Origin: an uncultured Planctomycetia bacterium
GTDB lineage: Bacteria; Omnitrophota; Gorgyraeia; 2-01-FULL-45-10
Reading direction: 5' to 3'
DNA length: 64,000 nt
Assembly: GCA_964352425.1 (NCBI GenBank)
Contig: CAYGRZ010000001.1
Span: 672-64,671, forward strand
Made by a program: the position numbers and the translations under genes. Below, one piece after another: positions 48,122-56,676 of this stretch. The first letter of the stretch is position 1. Every line of letters begins with the position of its first letter. The notes below the pieces were generated by a model, which was not told where the DNA came from, made no database searches, and was given only the letters and a program-made list of their open reading frames with translations.

Positions 48122-48688
48122 GTGCAGGGACTCCAGAAGGCCAAGGATGCAATAAGAAGCGCCAGGACGATCGCCATATCGGGCCACGTCAATCCCGACG
48201 GAGATTCGATCGGCTCGCTGCTGGCGCTCGGCCTCGGGCTGGAGCGGATGGGTAAGGCAGTCACCATGGTCAGCACGGACGGCGTGCCGCAGAGGTACAG
48301 GATGCTTCCCGGCGCCGGCCGCATAGCCAAGTCGATGCGCGAGAGCGTGGACCCCGCGATAACGGTCGACTGCAGCTCTAAAGAGATAGTGGGAATTGTC
48401 TTCGATTCGCTTCGGGAGGCCAAAGAGATACTCGAGATAGACCATCATGACTTCAGGAGGCCTTTCGGCACGGTGTCGCTCATCGACGCGCGCGCTGCGG
48501 CAGTCGGTGAGATCATATACAAGCTGTTACGGCAGCTCAAGGTTCGCATTACCCCGCAGATTAACGTCGCGTCGATCGCGGAGCAGTACGGCGGCGGCGG
48601 GCATTTCGACGTGGCGGGGTGCACGATCGAGAACAGTCCCGTATCGATCCGCTTACTTTTAAAGCGGGTCGAGAAGCTGTTGAGGTAA
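48122..48688 (+). CDS. DHH-family phosphoesterase (NrnA-like) with internally shortened linker/DHHA1 region
   Basis: GTG start; motifs HVNPDGDS, IDHH, GGGGH present, but only about 60 aa separate DHH and GGGH (about 160 in NrnA); 189 aa total. Confidence 0.6.
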   Translation: MQGLQKAKDAIRSARTIAISGHVNPDGDSIGSLLALGLGLERMGKAVTMVSTDGVPQRYRMLPGAGRIAKSMRESVDPAITVDCSSKEIVGIVFDSLREAKEILEIDHHDFRRPFGTVSLIDARAAAVGEIIYKLLRQLKVRITPQINVASIAEQYGGGGHFDVAGCTIENSPVSIRLLLKRVEKLLR

Positions 48689-48691
48689 CCG

Positions 48692-49897
48692 ATGGCCACC
48701 GCCAGGAAGATCCTGATCATCACATCGGACAGAAATCTGCGCGAAGTCCTGAAGTTCTGTTTTGACGGCTGGGGGTACGAGGTGGTCGTGCCTCTCGCGG
48801 CCGTCCGCGATATCGCGCCGATAAAAAAAATAGCCCCTGACGTGATCGTCGTCGATGTCCATTCCGCGAAGCGCACCGACCTCGAGATCTGTCGCCTGCT
48901 GAAAGACGACTTCCTTACCGCGTATATCCCCGTCATCACGCTGATCAATAAGCGGCAGCTCCGCTCGCAGCTCCTGAGCATCAAGCAGGGTATCGATGAT
49001 TATCTGATAAAACCTCCCGACCCACTCGACCTGCGCGTTCGGATCGAGATGGCCCTGAAGAGGGCCCAGCACAGCCTCTTTTCGACGCCGCTCACCGGGT
49101 TGCCCGGTGGCAGGCTTATCGAGGACACGCTCGGCGGCAGGCTTGCCGGCGGCGGGCCTTTTTCGTTCGGGTATCTCGATCTCGACAATTTCAAGTATTT
49201 CAATGACACGTACGGCTACGTGAAAGGCGACCGCGTCATCATGCAGACCGCCTATATGCTCTATACGACGATCTCGAAGGCCGGTAACCGCGGCGACTTC
49301 ATCGGCCATATCGGCGGCGACGATTTCGCGTTCATCACGACGCCCGATAAACAGAACGCCATGTGCCAGTATTTCATTTCGCAGTTCAACCGGATCATGC
49401 CGTTCCACTATACGAGGGACGACCGGGCCAACGGCTATATCGTCGCGCGTGACCGGACCCACACAATCAAGAAGATACCGCTGATGAGCGTATCGATAGC
49501 GGTCGTCAACAGGACACAGCAGGTCGATTTCAAGAACATCATCGAGATTAACGAGAAGGTCGCCGAAGTGAAGCGTTATTTGAAAGGCTTTACCGGCTCA
49601 AAGTTCATGGCGGACAGGCGGTCCGGCGATGTCGACGGCAGGCAGAGCGCGCAGATCTATAGGATCGAGACCGGCGCGAAAGATCTCTACAGGCCCCTCG
49701 GCCAGATCCTTCTCGAGCGCGACGATATAGATGCCCAGAAGCTTGATGAGGCGCTGACCGTCCACTGGAGGAGAGGGGTGAGGCTGGGTGAGATCCTGAC
49801 CGAGCTCGGTTTCGTCCGCGAGGCCCGGGTAGCAGGGGCATTGAACGAGGCCAGGAAGGCCGCAGGCGCCGAGAGGGATGGCGCAGGTAAGGAATAG
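48692..49897 (+). CDS. Response-regulator receiver + GGDEF (GGDDF variant) + C-terminal MshEN-type c-di-GMP-binding domain
   Basis: 401 aa; REC-like N-terminus; GGDEF domain with GHIGGDDF; the last about 60 aa carry two MshEN-like motifs (LGQILLERDDIDAQKLDEAL and RLGEILTELGFVREARVAGAL). Confidence 0.75.
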   Translation: MATARKILIITSDRNLREVLKFCFDGWGYEVVVPLAAVRDIAPIKKIAPDVIVVDVHSAKRTDLEICRLLKDDFLTAYIPVITLINKRQLRSQLLSIKQGIDDYLIKPPDPLDLRVRIEMALKRAQHSLFSTPLTGLPGGRLIEDTLGGRLAGGGPFSFGYLDLDNFKYFNDTYGYVKGDRVIMQTAYMLYTTISKAGNRGDFIGHIGGDDFAFITTPDKQNAMCQYFISQFNRIMPFHYTRDDRANGYIVARDRTHTIKKIPLMSVSIAVVNRTQQVDFKNIIEINEKVAEVKRYLKGFTGSKFMADRRSGDVDGRQSAQIYRIETGAKDLYRPLGQILLERDDIDAQKLDEALTVHWRRGVRLGEILTELGFVREARVAGALNEARKAAGAERDGAGKE

Positions 49898-50154
49898 TGA
49901 TGTCGAATACGCAGAATGAAAAGGCCGCGGTGAAATGGTACCACTCGCCGGTCTTTATCCTGATCCTGTTCCTGGCGGTCGGGCCGTTCGCCATACCGCT
50001 GGTATGGGCAAGCCCCGCGCTCAAGCTGTGGCAGAAGATACTGATAACGGCGGCGATCCTCCTTCTTACGGTATGGCTGCTGAAGGCAGGCCTTGATATA
50101 TATACGGTGCTGTTAAAAGAAGCCAGGGCTCTGCGGGAGACGATGGTGCAGTGA
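49897..50154 (+). CDS. Small two-TM membrane protein
   Basis: 85 aa; two hydrophobic helices; start GTG 49897 or ATG 49900. Confidence 0.45.
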   Translation: MMSNTQNEKAAVKWYHSPVFILILFLAVGPFAIPLVWASPALKLWQKILITAAILLLTVWLLKAGLDIYTVLLKEARALRETMVQ

Positions 50155-50157
50155 CGT

Positions 50158-50580
50158 ATGCCGATAATCATTGACGGATGGAATTTGATACGTAACCGCG
50201 CATCGTGCATCAACGATGATGAGAGCGAGTCGCTCGATGCGGCCCGGCATCTGATATCTTATCTGAGAGCGTTCCAGCAGACCCACAGCGACCCGATCGT
50301 CCTCGTCTTCGACTCGACCAAGGAATACCTGGACATGCAGTACACGAACAGCGCGAAGCTGAGGATAGTCCCGGCGAAGGATGCCGACGGATATATTAAA
50401 CGCTATGTCGACAAGACTCCGGAGCGTCAGCGGCGTAACCTGCGTGTCGTATCGTCCGATAACGACGTTTACTTTTACGCGAAAAGCTCGTATGCGACGC
50501 CGCTTACGTCCGAGGAGTTCTGGAGGAAATTGAAGGGTCAAGGGCCATCCCTCGGCTCCGCTCGGGACAGGAGGGTATAG
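50158..50580 (+). CDS. NYN-domain protein, YacP/Rae1-like ribonuclease
   Basis: 140 aa; PIIIDGWNLI N-terminal motif, LVFDS, VVSSDNDV acidic residues typical of YacP-type NYN. Confidence 0.7.
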   Translation: MPIIIDGWNLIRNRASCINDDESESLDAARHLISYLRAFQQTHSDPIVLVFDSTKEYLDMQYTNSAKLRIVPAKDADGYIKRYVDKTPERQRRNLRVVSSDNDVYFYAKSSYATPLTSEEFWRKLKGQGPSLGSARDRRV

Positions 50581-50604
50581 GGTCATGAAAACAGGGAAGG
50601 CGAT

Positions 50605-50991
50605 ATGTATAAAGTAGAGATAGCGAGTAAGAGTGGTTACAGGTTCAGCGTGAAATCAGATGGTGCGTCGTTCGATGTCGACGCCAAGGGTAAAGACGGG
50701 ATAACGCCGCCAGACGTTCTTCTTGCCAGCCTCGGCTCCTGCGTCGGCGTCTACATCAGAAAATATGCCGACGGGGCGAAGATCGGCCTCGACGCGTTCG
50801 ACGTGACGGTCGCCGGAGACCTCGGCAGCGAAGCGCCGTACCGGTTCAGGCAGATAAAGGTGTCGGTCGATCTGAAGGGATCCTCACTTGACGACCGCAG
50901 AAAGAAGGCCCTGCTGGAATTCGTGAAGAATTGCCCGATCCACAACACCCTGAAGGGCAGCCCTGACATCGAGATGACGCTTAAGCCTTGA
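50605..50991 (+). CDS. OsmC/Ohr family peroxiredoxin-like protein
   Basis: 128 aa; OsmC fold with LASLGSCVGV Cys motif. Confidence 0.85.
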   Translation: MYKVEIASKSGYRFSVKSDGASFDVDAKGKDGITPPDVLLASLGSCVGVYIRKYADGAKIGLDAFDVTVAGDLGSEAPYRFRQIKVSVDLKGSSLDDRRKKALLEFVKNCPIHNTLKGSPDIEMTLKP

Positions 50992-51016
50992 CAAAGGCAT
51001 AACCGGTTGTTACAAT
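50988..51016 (+). promoter_or_regulatory. Consensus sigma70 promoter TTGACA-17nt-TACAAT for rpsU
   Basis: -35 TTGACA 50988-50993 (overlapping the OsmC stop), 17-nt spacer, -10 TACAAT 51011-51016; about 45 nt upstream of rpsU. Confidence 0.5.
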
Positions 51017-51059
51017 AGGCGCCGTTATAATGATGGTATAGAAAGGGTGTGAGATAAGG

Positions 51060-51221
51060 ATGCCTAAGATCACCGTTGGCGAGAACGAACCGTTAGAAAA
51101 GGCGCTCAGGCGTTTCAAGAAGAAGATGGAGATTGAAGGTACATTAAAGACGCTGAAGGCGCGCAAGCACTACGAGAAACCCAGCGAGAAAAAGCGTCGC
51201 AAGAGAAAAATGGCGTGGTAG
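51060..51221 (+). CDS. rpsU: 30S ribosomal protein S21
   Basis: 53 aa MPKITVGENEPLEKALRRFKKKMEIEGTLKTLKARKHYEKPSEKKRRKRKMAW; below the ORF-track size cutoff, found by reading the sequence. Confidence 0.8.
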   Translation: MPKITVGENEPLEKALRRFKKKMEIEGTLKTLKARKHYEKPSEKKRRKRKMAW

Positions 51222-53848
51222 TTATCAATAGGCAGTGGGTGCGTATTTTCGTTATCGCCGGTGTTGCGGCGCTTATCGCAGCTGTGGGCGCATTCGACGC
51301 GCGTTGCCTTTCCGGAGACACGATAGAGATCCCCAAAGAGGCCGTTACCAGGAAAGTCCTGGATAACGGCCTCACTGTTCTGGCCAGCCACACCACCCCC
51401 GAAAACCTTGTCGCGGTAGACGTGAAGATCAGGGCGGGCGCCAGCTCGGAGGACGAGTACCTCGGCTCCGGCATCTCGCATCTTGTTGAGCATATGGTTT
51501 TCAAGGGGACCGGAAAGCGCGGGCCCGGCGATATCGAAAAAGCGGTCAAATCGTTTGGCGGCGTCATGAACGGTTCGGTGTCGCAGGACATAACCGACTA
51601 CCACATCATTCTGCCGTCGAGATACCTGCCCGAGGCTCTTGCGATAGTGAGTGACATGCTGCTGGGCGCGAAGTTCGATGCGGGAGAGCTCGCGCGGGAA
51701 AAGGAAGTCATCCTTCAGGAGATCCGGCTGAACAGGGATGAACCGCAGTCGATGCTGATGAGGCTCTTAAACGAGACGGCGTATATTAAACACGCGTACA
51801 AATATCCGGGCATAGGCTACGAAGAGCCGCTTAAGGCGCTGACCCGCGATGACGCGCTCAGATACTACAACAGGGTGTACGTGCCGAACAGGATCGTCGT
51901 GACGGTTGTCGGCGGCGTCGACGAAACGATAGCGATCGCGGCGGTGCGGGACGCGTTCAAGGTCTTCAGGGCGCCGGACTACGGCGTGCGGGGCTTAAGC
52001 CCCGCGGAACCGGCGCAGATAAGCCCGCGGCGGGCCGACGATGAAACCCCGACGAGCCTGGCGTATCTGGCGATGGGCTTCCATTCGACAAGCCTCCTCA
52101 ACGATGACCTCTACGCTATGGATGTGCTGTCGATGATTCTCGGCCGCGGAGACAATTCGCGGCTTACCGCAGGCCTGCAGAAAAAATGGAAGCTGGTCTA
52201 TTCGATATCCGGCTGGAACTACACGCCGATGGAGCCGGGCCTCTTCGTAATATCGGCTATACTCGACAAAGCCAACCTCGGCGCCGTCGAGAAGGCCGTG
52301 ATGGAAGAGATCGAAAAGGTCAGGACGGGCGCGATCGATGAGGCCGAGCTTGAGGGCGCCAGGCGGATGGTACTGGCCGATTACATCGCTCAGTTCCAGA
52401 CGCTCGACGGCAAGGCCAACGACATCGCCTCAAGCTACATCCTGACCGGCAATTACGATTTTTCCAGCAGGTATATCCTCGGCGTGCAGGCCGTTACCAG
52501 GGTTGATATTAAACGGGTCGCCGATAAGTATCTGCGCCCGGACAATCTCACCGTTGCACGCATCGTGCCTCCGGGATATGAGGAGGCCGAACCCCGGACG
52601 GCGGCTGTCGAGCCGAAAGATGAGATCCGGAAAGCCGAGCTGCCGAACGGCCTCAAGATACTCGTGCGCGAGAACCGCAGAACGCCTTCCATTTCGATAA
52701 CCGTGGCGATGCGGGGAGGCCTTATGGCCGAAACGGCGAAGACCAACGGCATCTCGAGCCTTACCGCGGACATGCTTCTGAAGGGCACGAGGACGAGAGC
52801 GGAGGACCAGATCAAGGGGCTTGTCCAGCAGCTCGGAGGGGACATGACGACCTTCAGCGGTTTTAACGGTTTTGGCATCACCATGGACCTGCTTAAAATA
52901 GACCTCAATACGGGCCTCGACATACTGAAAGACGTCCTGGCGAACAGCCAGTTCCCGCAAGGCGAGATCGATAAGGACAAGACGCTCGCGCTGGCCTCGA
53001 TACGGGAAGAGGACGACGATATATTCCAGGTCGGAATGAACCGGCTGCGCAGGAACCTTTTCGAGGGCACGCCGTACGCCTTCAGGTATCTGGGCGAGCC
53101 GGAGACCCTGGAATCGCTGGCAAGAGATGACATCGTTTCGTACTGCAGGAACTACAGCGTCCCGAACAACATGGTCATAGCCGTATCCGGCGACGTCGAC
53201 GCGGCGTCCGTGATCGGTCAGCTTAAGGTTAAGTTCTCCGATCTCAGGGCGCGGGAGGTCCCGTCAATTACTTCCGCGCCCGTAAGGCTCGAAAAGACGA
53301 AGCGCGATCAGCTGGTCATGGATAAAGAGGAGAGCCTCATCCTGATCGGATATGTGACGACGACGGTCAGCGACCCGGACCGCTACACGCTCGATGTGCT
53401 GAACTCGATACTGTCCGGCGCCTCCGGCCGCCTGTTCAGCGAACTTCGCAACAAGATGGCGCTGGCCTATGCGCTCGGGTGCGTCCAGAAGCTGGGCTTG
53501 AGCACGGGGTTCTTCGCGGTGTATGTGGCAACGACGAAGGACAAGATAGACATCACCATGAAGGCGCTCGCCGAAGAGATGCGCAAGATTCGGCAGCTCG
53601 CAGTCACCGAAGAAGAGCTCGCGTATGCGAAACGGGAGCTCGTCTCGGCCCGGCGCATAGCGGCGCAGACAAACAGCTTTTACTCTATGAACGCCGCGCT
53701 GGACGAGCTGTACGGGTTGGGCGCCGACAATGTCTACAAATACGAAAGCGAGATAGAGAAGGTGACCAGCCGGGACGTGAAGCGCGTAGCGGAAAAGTAC
53801 CTGAATCCGAAAACCAGCGCGGAAGTCATCATCTCATCAAAAGAGTAG
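51215..53848 (+). CDS. Peptidase M16 family zinc protease (two tandem M16 units in one chain)
   Basis: 877 aa; inverted zinc motif HLVEHMVF in the first unit; second M16 pair follows; N-terminal hydrophobic segment; GTG start overlaps the rpsU stop. Confidence 0.85.
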   Translation: MVVINRQWVRIFVIAGVAALIAAVGAFDARCLSGDTIEIPKEAVTRKVLDNGLTVLASHTTPENLVAVDVKIRAGASSEDEYLGSGISHLVEHMVFKGTGKRGPGDIEKAVKSFGGVMNGSVSQDITDYHIILPSRYLPEALAIVSDMLLGAKFDAGELAREKEVILQEIRLNRDEPQSMLMRLLNETAYIKHAYKYPGIGYEEPLKALTRDDALRYYNRVYVPNRIVVTVVGGVDETIAIAAVRDAFKVFRAPDYGVRGLSPAEPAQISPRRADDETPTSLAYLAMGFHSTSLLNDDLYAMDVLSMILGRGDNSRLTAGLQKKWKLVYSISGWNYTPMEPGLFVISAILDKANLGAVEKAVMEEIEKVRTGAIDEAELEGARRMVLADYIAQFQTLDGKANDIASSYILTGNYDFSSRYILGVQAVTRVDIKRVADKYLRPDNLTVARIVPPGYEEAEPRTAAVEPKDEIRKAELPNGLKILVRENRRTPSISITVAMRGGLMAETAKTNGISSLTADMLLKGTRTRAEDQIKGLVQQLGGDMTTFSGFNGFGITMDLLKIDLNTGLDILKDVLANSQFPQGEIDKDKTLALASIREEDDDIFQVGMNRLRRNLFEGTPYAFRYLGEPETLESLARDDIVSYCRNYSVPNNMVIAVSGDVDAASVIGQLKVKFSDLRAREVPSITSAPVRLEKTKRDQLVMDKEESLILIGYVTTTVSDPDRYTLDVLNSILSGASGRLFSELRNKMALAYALGCVQKLGLSTGFFAVYVATTKDKIDITMKALAEEMRKIRQLAVTEEELAYAKRELVSARRIAAQTNSFYSMNAALDELYGLGADNVYKYESEIEKVTSRDVKRVAEKYLNPKTSAEVIISSKE

Positions 53849-53849
53849 C

Positions 53850-54758
53850 ATGCTAAGCCTTTCCACATCATGGAATTCGTCCAGGCACATAAACGGCTTC
53901 TCCATGATCGACGAGATCAGGGCGCTGGGGTTTGAAACGGTCGAGCTGAACTTCGCCCTCACGGAGGCGATCGTGCGCGACGTCCTCTCCCTGAAAGAGT
54001 CAGGCGCCATAAAGGTCTCGAGCCTCCATAACATGTGCCCGCTTCCGGACGATATAGAGCCCTCCCGGGCGACACCCGATTATTACTCGCTGTCCTCTTC
54101 CGATGAGAAAGAGCGGCTGCGTGCGGTTGCTGTCGCGATGAAGACGATTGAGTGCGCGAAAAAGCTCGGCGCCCCCGCAGTCGTCCTCCATGCGGGCAGG
54201 GTGGAGATGAGGGACCGCACGCGGGAGCTCGCGGCGGCCGTTGACGACGCGGCGGCGCTCGCCAGGATACGGAGCGAGGCATCCGCGGAGAGGAACGCGA
54301 AAAGGGGCATCTATCTCGACAACGTGATGAAGAGTCTCGACGAGCTCGTTCCTCACGCCAAATGCGCGGGCGTCGCACTCGGCGTCGAGAACCGTTATTA
54401 TTACCGCGAGATACCCGTGATCGATGAGTTCGAGGCGATGTTCAGGCGCTTCGGTCCCGGCGAACTGTACTATTGGCATGACGTAGGCCACGCAGAGGTT
54501 TTCGACAGGCTCGGCCTCTGCCGCCACAAAGACCTTCTGGATAAGTTTTCCGGCCGCTTGATAGGCATGCACCTGCATGATATAATAGGCCCTGTCGGCG
54601 ACCACAAGGCGCCGGGTCAGGGCACGTTCGACTTCCATATGGTGAAACCATATATCAGGCCGGATACGATCATGGTCATGGAAGCCCACCAGCCGGCGAC
54701 CGCTGACGATATCCGGAAGGGCGCGGCGTATCTGGCGGAAATATTCGGGAGGGTCTGA
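53850..54758 (+). CDS. Sugar phosphate isomerase/epimerase (xylose-isomerase-like TIM barrel) protein
   Basis: 302 aa; AP-endonuclease-2 / XI-like TIM barrel pattern (GFETVEL..., VLHAG, ALGVEN, WHDVGHA). Confidence 0.75.
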   Translation: MLSLSTSWNSSRHINGFSMIDEIRALGFETVELNFALTEAIVRDVLSLKESGAIKVSSLHNMCPLPDDIEPSRATPDYYSLSSSDEKERLRAVAVAMKTIECAKKLGAPAVVLHAGRVEMRDRTRELAAAVDDAAALARIRSEASAERNAKRGIYLDNVMKSLDELVPHAKCAGVALGVENRYYYREIPVIDEFEAMFRRFGPGELYYWHDVGHAEVFDRLGLCRHKDLLDKFSGRLIGMHLHDIIGPVGDHKAPGQGTFDFHMVKPYIRPDTIMVMEAHQPATADDIRKGAAYLAEIFGRV

Positions 54759-54760
54759 CA

Positions 54761-55570
54761 ATGGTGAGGGATCCGGTTCGCGCAGGTCAATTCTACCAGG
54801 GCACAAAAAATTCATTGCTCCGCGAAGTTGAATCGCTGATCGACCGGACGGCGAAGAAAGAAGACGCGAAGGCCGTCGTCTCGCCTCATGCCGGATACAT
54901 GTATTCGGGGCCTGTCGCGGGCAGTGTCCTTTCATCGATCAAGCCGAAGAAGACGTACGTGATCATCGGGCCTAACCACACGGGCCTGGGGGCCGAGTTC
55001 GGTATCGACACACATGCCTCCTGGAAGACGCCGCTCGGCGAGGTCAATGTCAACAGGGACCTCGCCGAACGGATCAGAGCCAGCGCCCCTGCGATCAAAG
55101 ACGACAGCCTGTGTCATGCGGGCGAGCATTCGGTAGAGGTGCAGATACCGTTCCTGCAGGTCCTTCAGAAAGATTTCACGATCGTGCCGATCGTCATATC
55201 ATGCGCGAACCTCGAAGTTTACCGGCAGATCGGCAGCGCCATCGCCAGGTCGATAAAGGACTTGGCCCTCGAGGCCGACGTTACCATCATCGCATCGAGC
55301 GACATGACTCATTATGAGTCGCAGGAAAGCGCGAGGCGGAAAGATATGATCGCGATAGATGCGGTGCTGAAGCTCGATGAGAAGAAGCTCGTCGAGGCCG
55401 TATCCGAATTCGACATATCGATGTGCGGCTTCGCGCCGACCGCAATAATGCTGGTCGCGGCCAAAGAGCTCGGCGCTACTAAGGCGCGTCTTGTCAAATA
55501 CCAGACGAGCGGCGACGCTTCAGGTGATTACTCCGCGGTCGTCGGATACGCTGGTCTAATCATAACGTAA
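54761..55570 (+). CDS. MEMO1-family protein (AmmeMemoRadiSam system protein B-like)
   Basis: 269 aa; VVSPHAGYMYSGPVAG Memo signature; LigB-type extradiol-dioxygenase-like fold. Confidence 0.85.
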   Translation: MVRDPVRAGQFYQGTKNSLLREVESLIDRTAKKEDAKAVVSPHAGYMYSGPVAGSVLSSIKPKKTYVIIGPNHTGLGAEFGIDTHASWKTPLGEVNVNRDLAERIRASAPAIKDDSLCHAGEHSVEVQIPFLQVLQKDFTIVPIVISCANLEVYRQIGSAIARSIKDLALEADVTIIASSDMTHYESQESARRKDMIAIDAVLKLDEKKLVEAVSEFDISMCGFAPTAIMLVAAKELGATKARLVKYQTSGDASGDYSAVVGYAGLIIT

Positions 55571-55582
55571 GGCAGCGTTTTT

Positions 55583-56374
55583 ATGGGATTCTTCGGAAAA
55601 AGAAAAAAAAATACGGTAGCGCTCGCTCTTGGCGGAGGTTCGGCGCGGGGGATGGCGCATATCGGCGTACTCAAGGTTTTTGAGCGCGAGAAGATCCCGA
55701 TAGATATGATAGTGGGCACGAGCATGGGCGCGCTCATCGGCGCGGGATACTCCATCGGCGTTCCGCTGAAACATATGGAGGACCGCTCATTAACTTTTAC
55801 GACCAGAAAACTGCTGGACCCGACAATGCCTAAGATGGGCATGCTGGCCGGAGAAAAGCTCGAGATCATCATAAAGGATCTCCTGGATTCAAAGACATTC
55901 GACGACTGCAAGATACCGCTGGCCGTTGTCACTATCGATATAGAGACCGGCGAAGAAGTGGTGCACCAGCAGGGGGAGCTCGTCAAAATAGTGCGCGCCA
56001 GCTGTTCATGGCCCGGCGTATTCAACCCTGTGAGCATAGGCGGCAGGCTTCTGGTGGACGGAGGCATAAAGCACAGCGTTCCAGCGAAGATCGCCAGGGA
56101 CCTCGGCGCCGATTACATAATAGCCGTGGACGTCGGATTCTGCGTCAGGACCGGGAAAATAGACAATATCATCCAGATGATAGTCCAGTCTTTCCAGATA
56201 ACCGGCGAAGAGCTCAACCGTTATCAGTCGCTGGAAGCCGACGCTATAATCAAGGTGGACCTTCCCGATATCGATCAGGCCGCTTTCAGCCGCGCACGCG
56301 AAATGATAGTAAAGGGAGTCGAGGCTGCGGAGGCCGCTATTGTGCGGATAAAAAAGGATCTGGGGCTGCGCTAA
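55583..56374 (+). CDS. Patatin-like phospholipase
   Basis: 263 aa; GGGSARG oxyanion motif, GTSMG (GxSxG), DGG catalytic Asp; A9 homopolymer at codons 6-9. Confidence 0.85.
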   Translation: MGFFGKRKKNTVALALGGGSARGMAHIGVLKVFEREKIPIDMIVGTSMGALIGAGYSIGVPLKHMEDRSLTFTTRKLLDPTMPKMGMLAGEKLEIIIKDLLDSKTFDDCKIPLAVVTIDIETGEEVVHQQGELVKIVRASCSWPGVFNPVSIGGRLLVDGGIKHSVPAKIARDLGADYIIAVDVGFCVRTGKIDNIIQMIVQSFQITGEELNRYQSLEADAIIKVDLPDIDQAAFSRAREMIVKGVEAAEAAIVRIKKDLGLR

Positions 56375-56676
56375 TGGATAACGATAAAAAGGACATGCCC
56401 GAAGGGCCGGGGACGATGCCTGAAGCAAGTTTCGGGTTTTTTATATCCGGACTTATGATGGAGGCTCTTATAGCGATGGGTGAGCTTGAGAACCCGGTCA
56501 CAAAAAAGAAAGAATTCGACCTGAAGCACGCCACGTTCGTCATCGACACGCTCGCGATGCTGAAAGATAAGACCAGGAACAACCTTAGCGGCGAAGAGGA
56601 TGGCGCGCTCGAGGCCGTGCTCTACGACCTCAGGATGCGGTTCGTCGCGAAGGCCGACAAAGGAAAGGCTCCGTAG
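56374..56676 (+). CDS. Small hypothetical protein (DUF1844-like)
   Basis: 100 aa; ATG overlapping the patatin stop (taATGg); conserved-looking FFISGLMMEALIAMGELENP region. Confidence 0.5.
   Translation: MDNDKKDMPEGPGTMPEASFGFFISGLMMEALIAMGELENPVTKKKEFDLKHATFVIDTLAMLKDKTRNNLSGEEDGALEAVLYDLRMRFVAKADKGKAP

Noticed and set aside
48820-48830. A8 tract inside the REC-GGDEF gene as a phase-variation site
   Set aside because: It encodes Lys-Lys-Ile in a surface loop, and a single shorter tract in mid-gene is weak evidence. It is only mentioned alongside the stronger A9 and A7G7 tracts.
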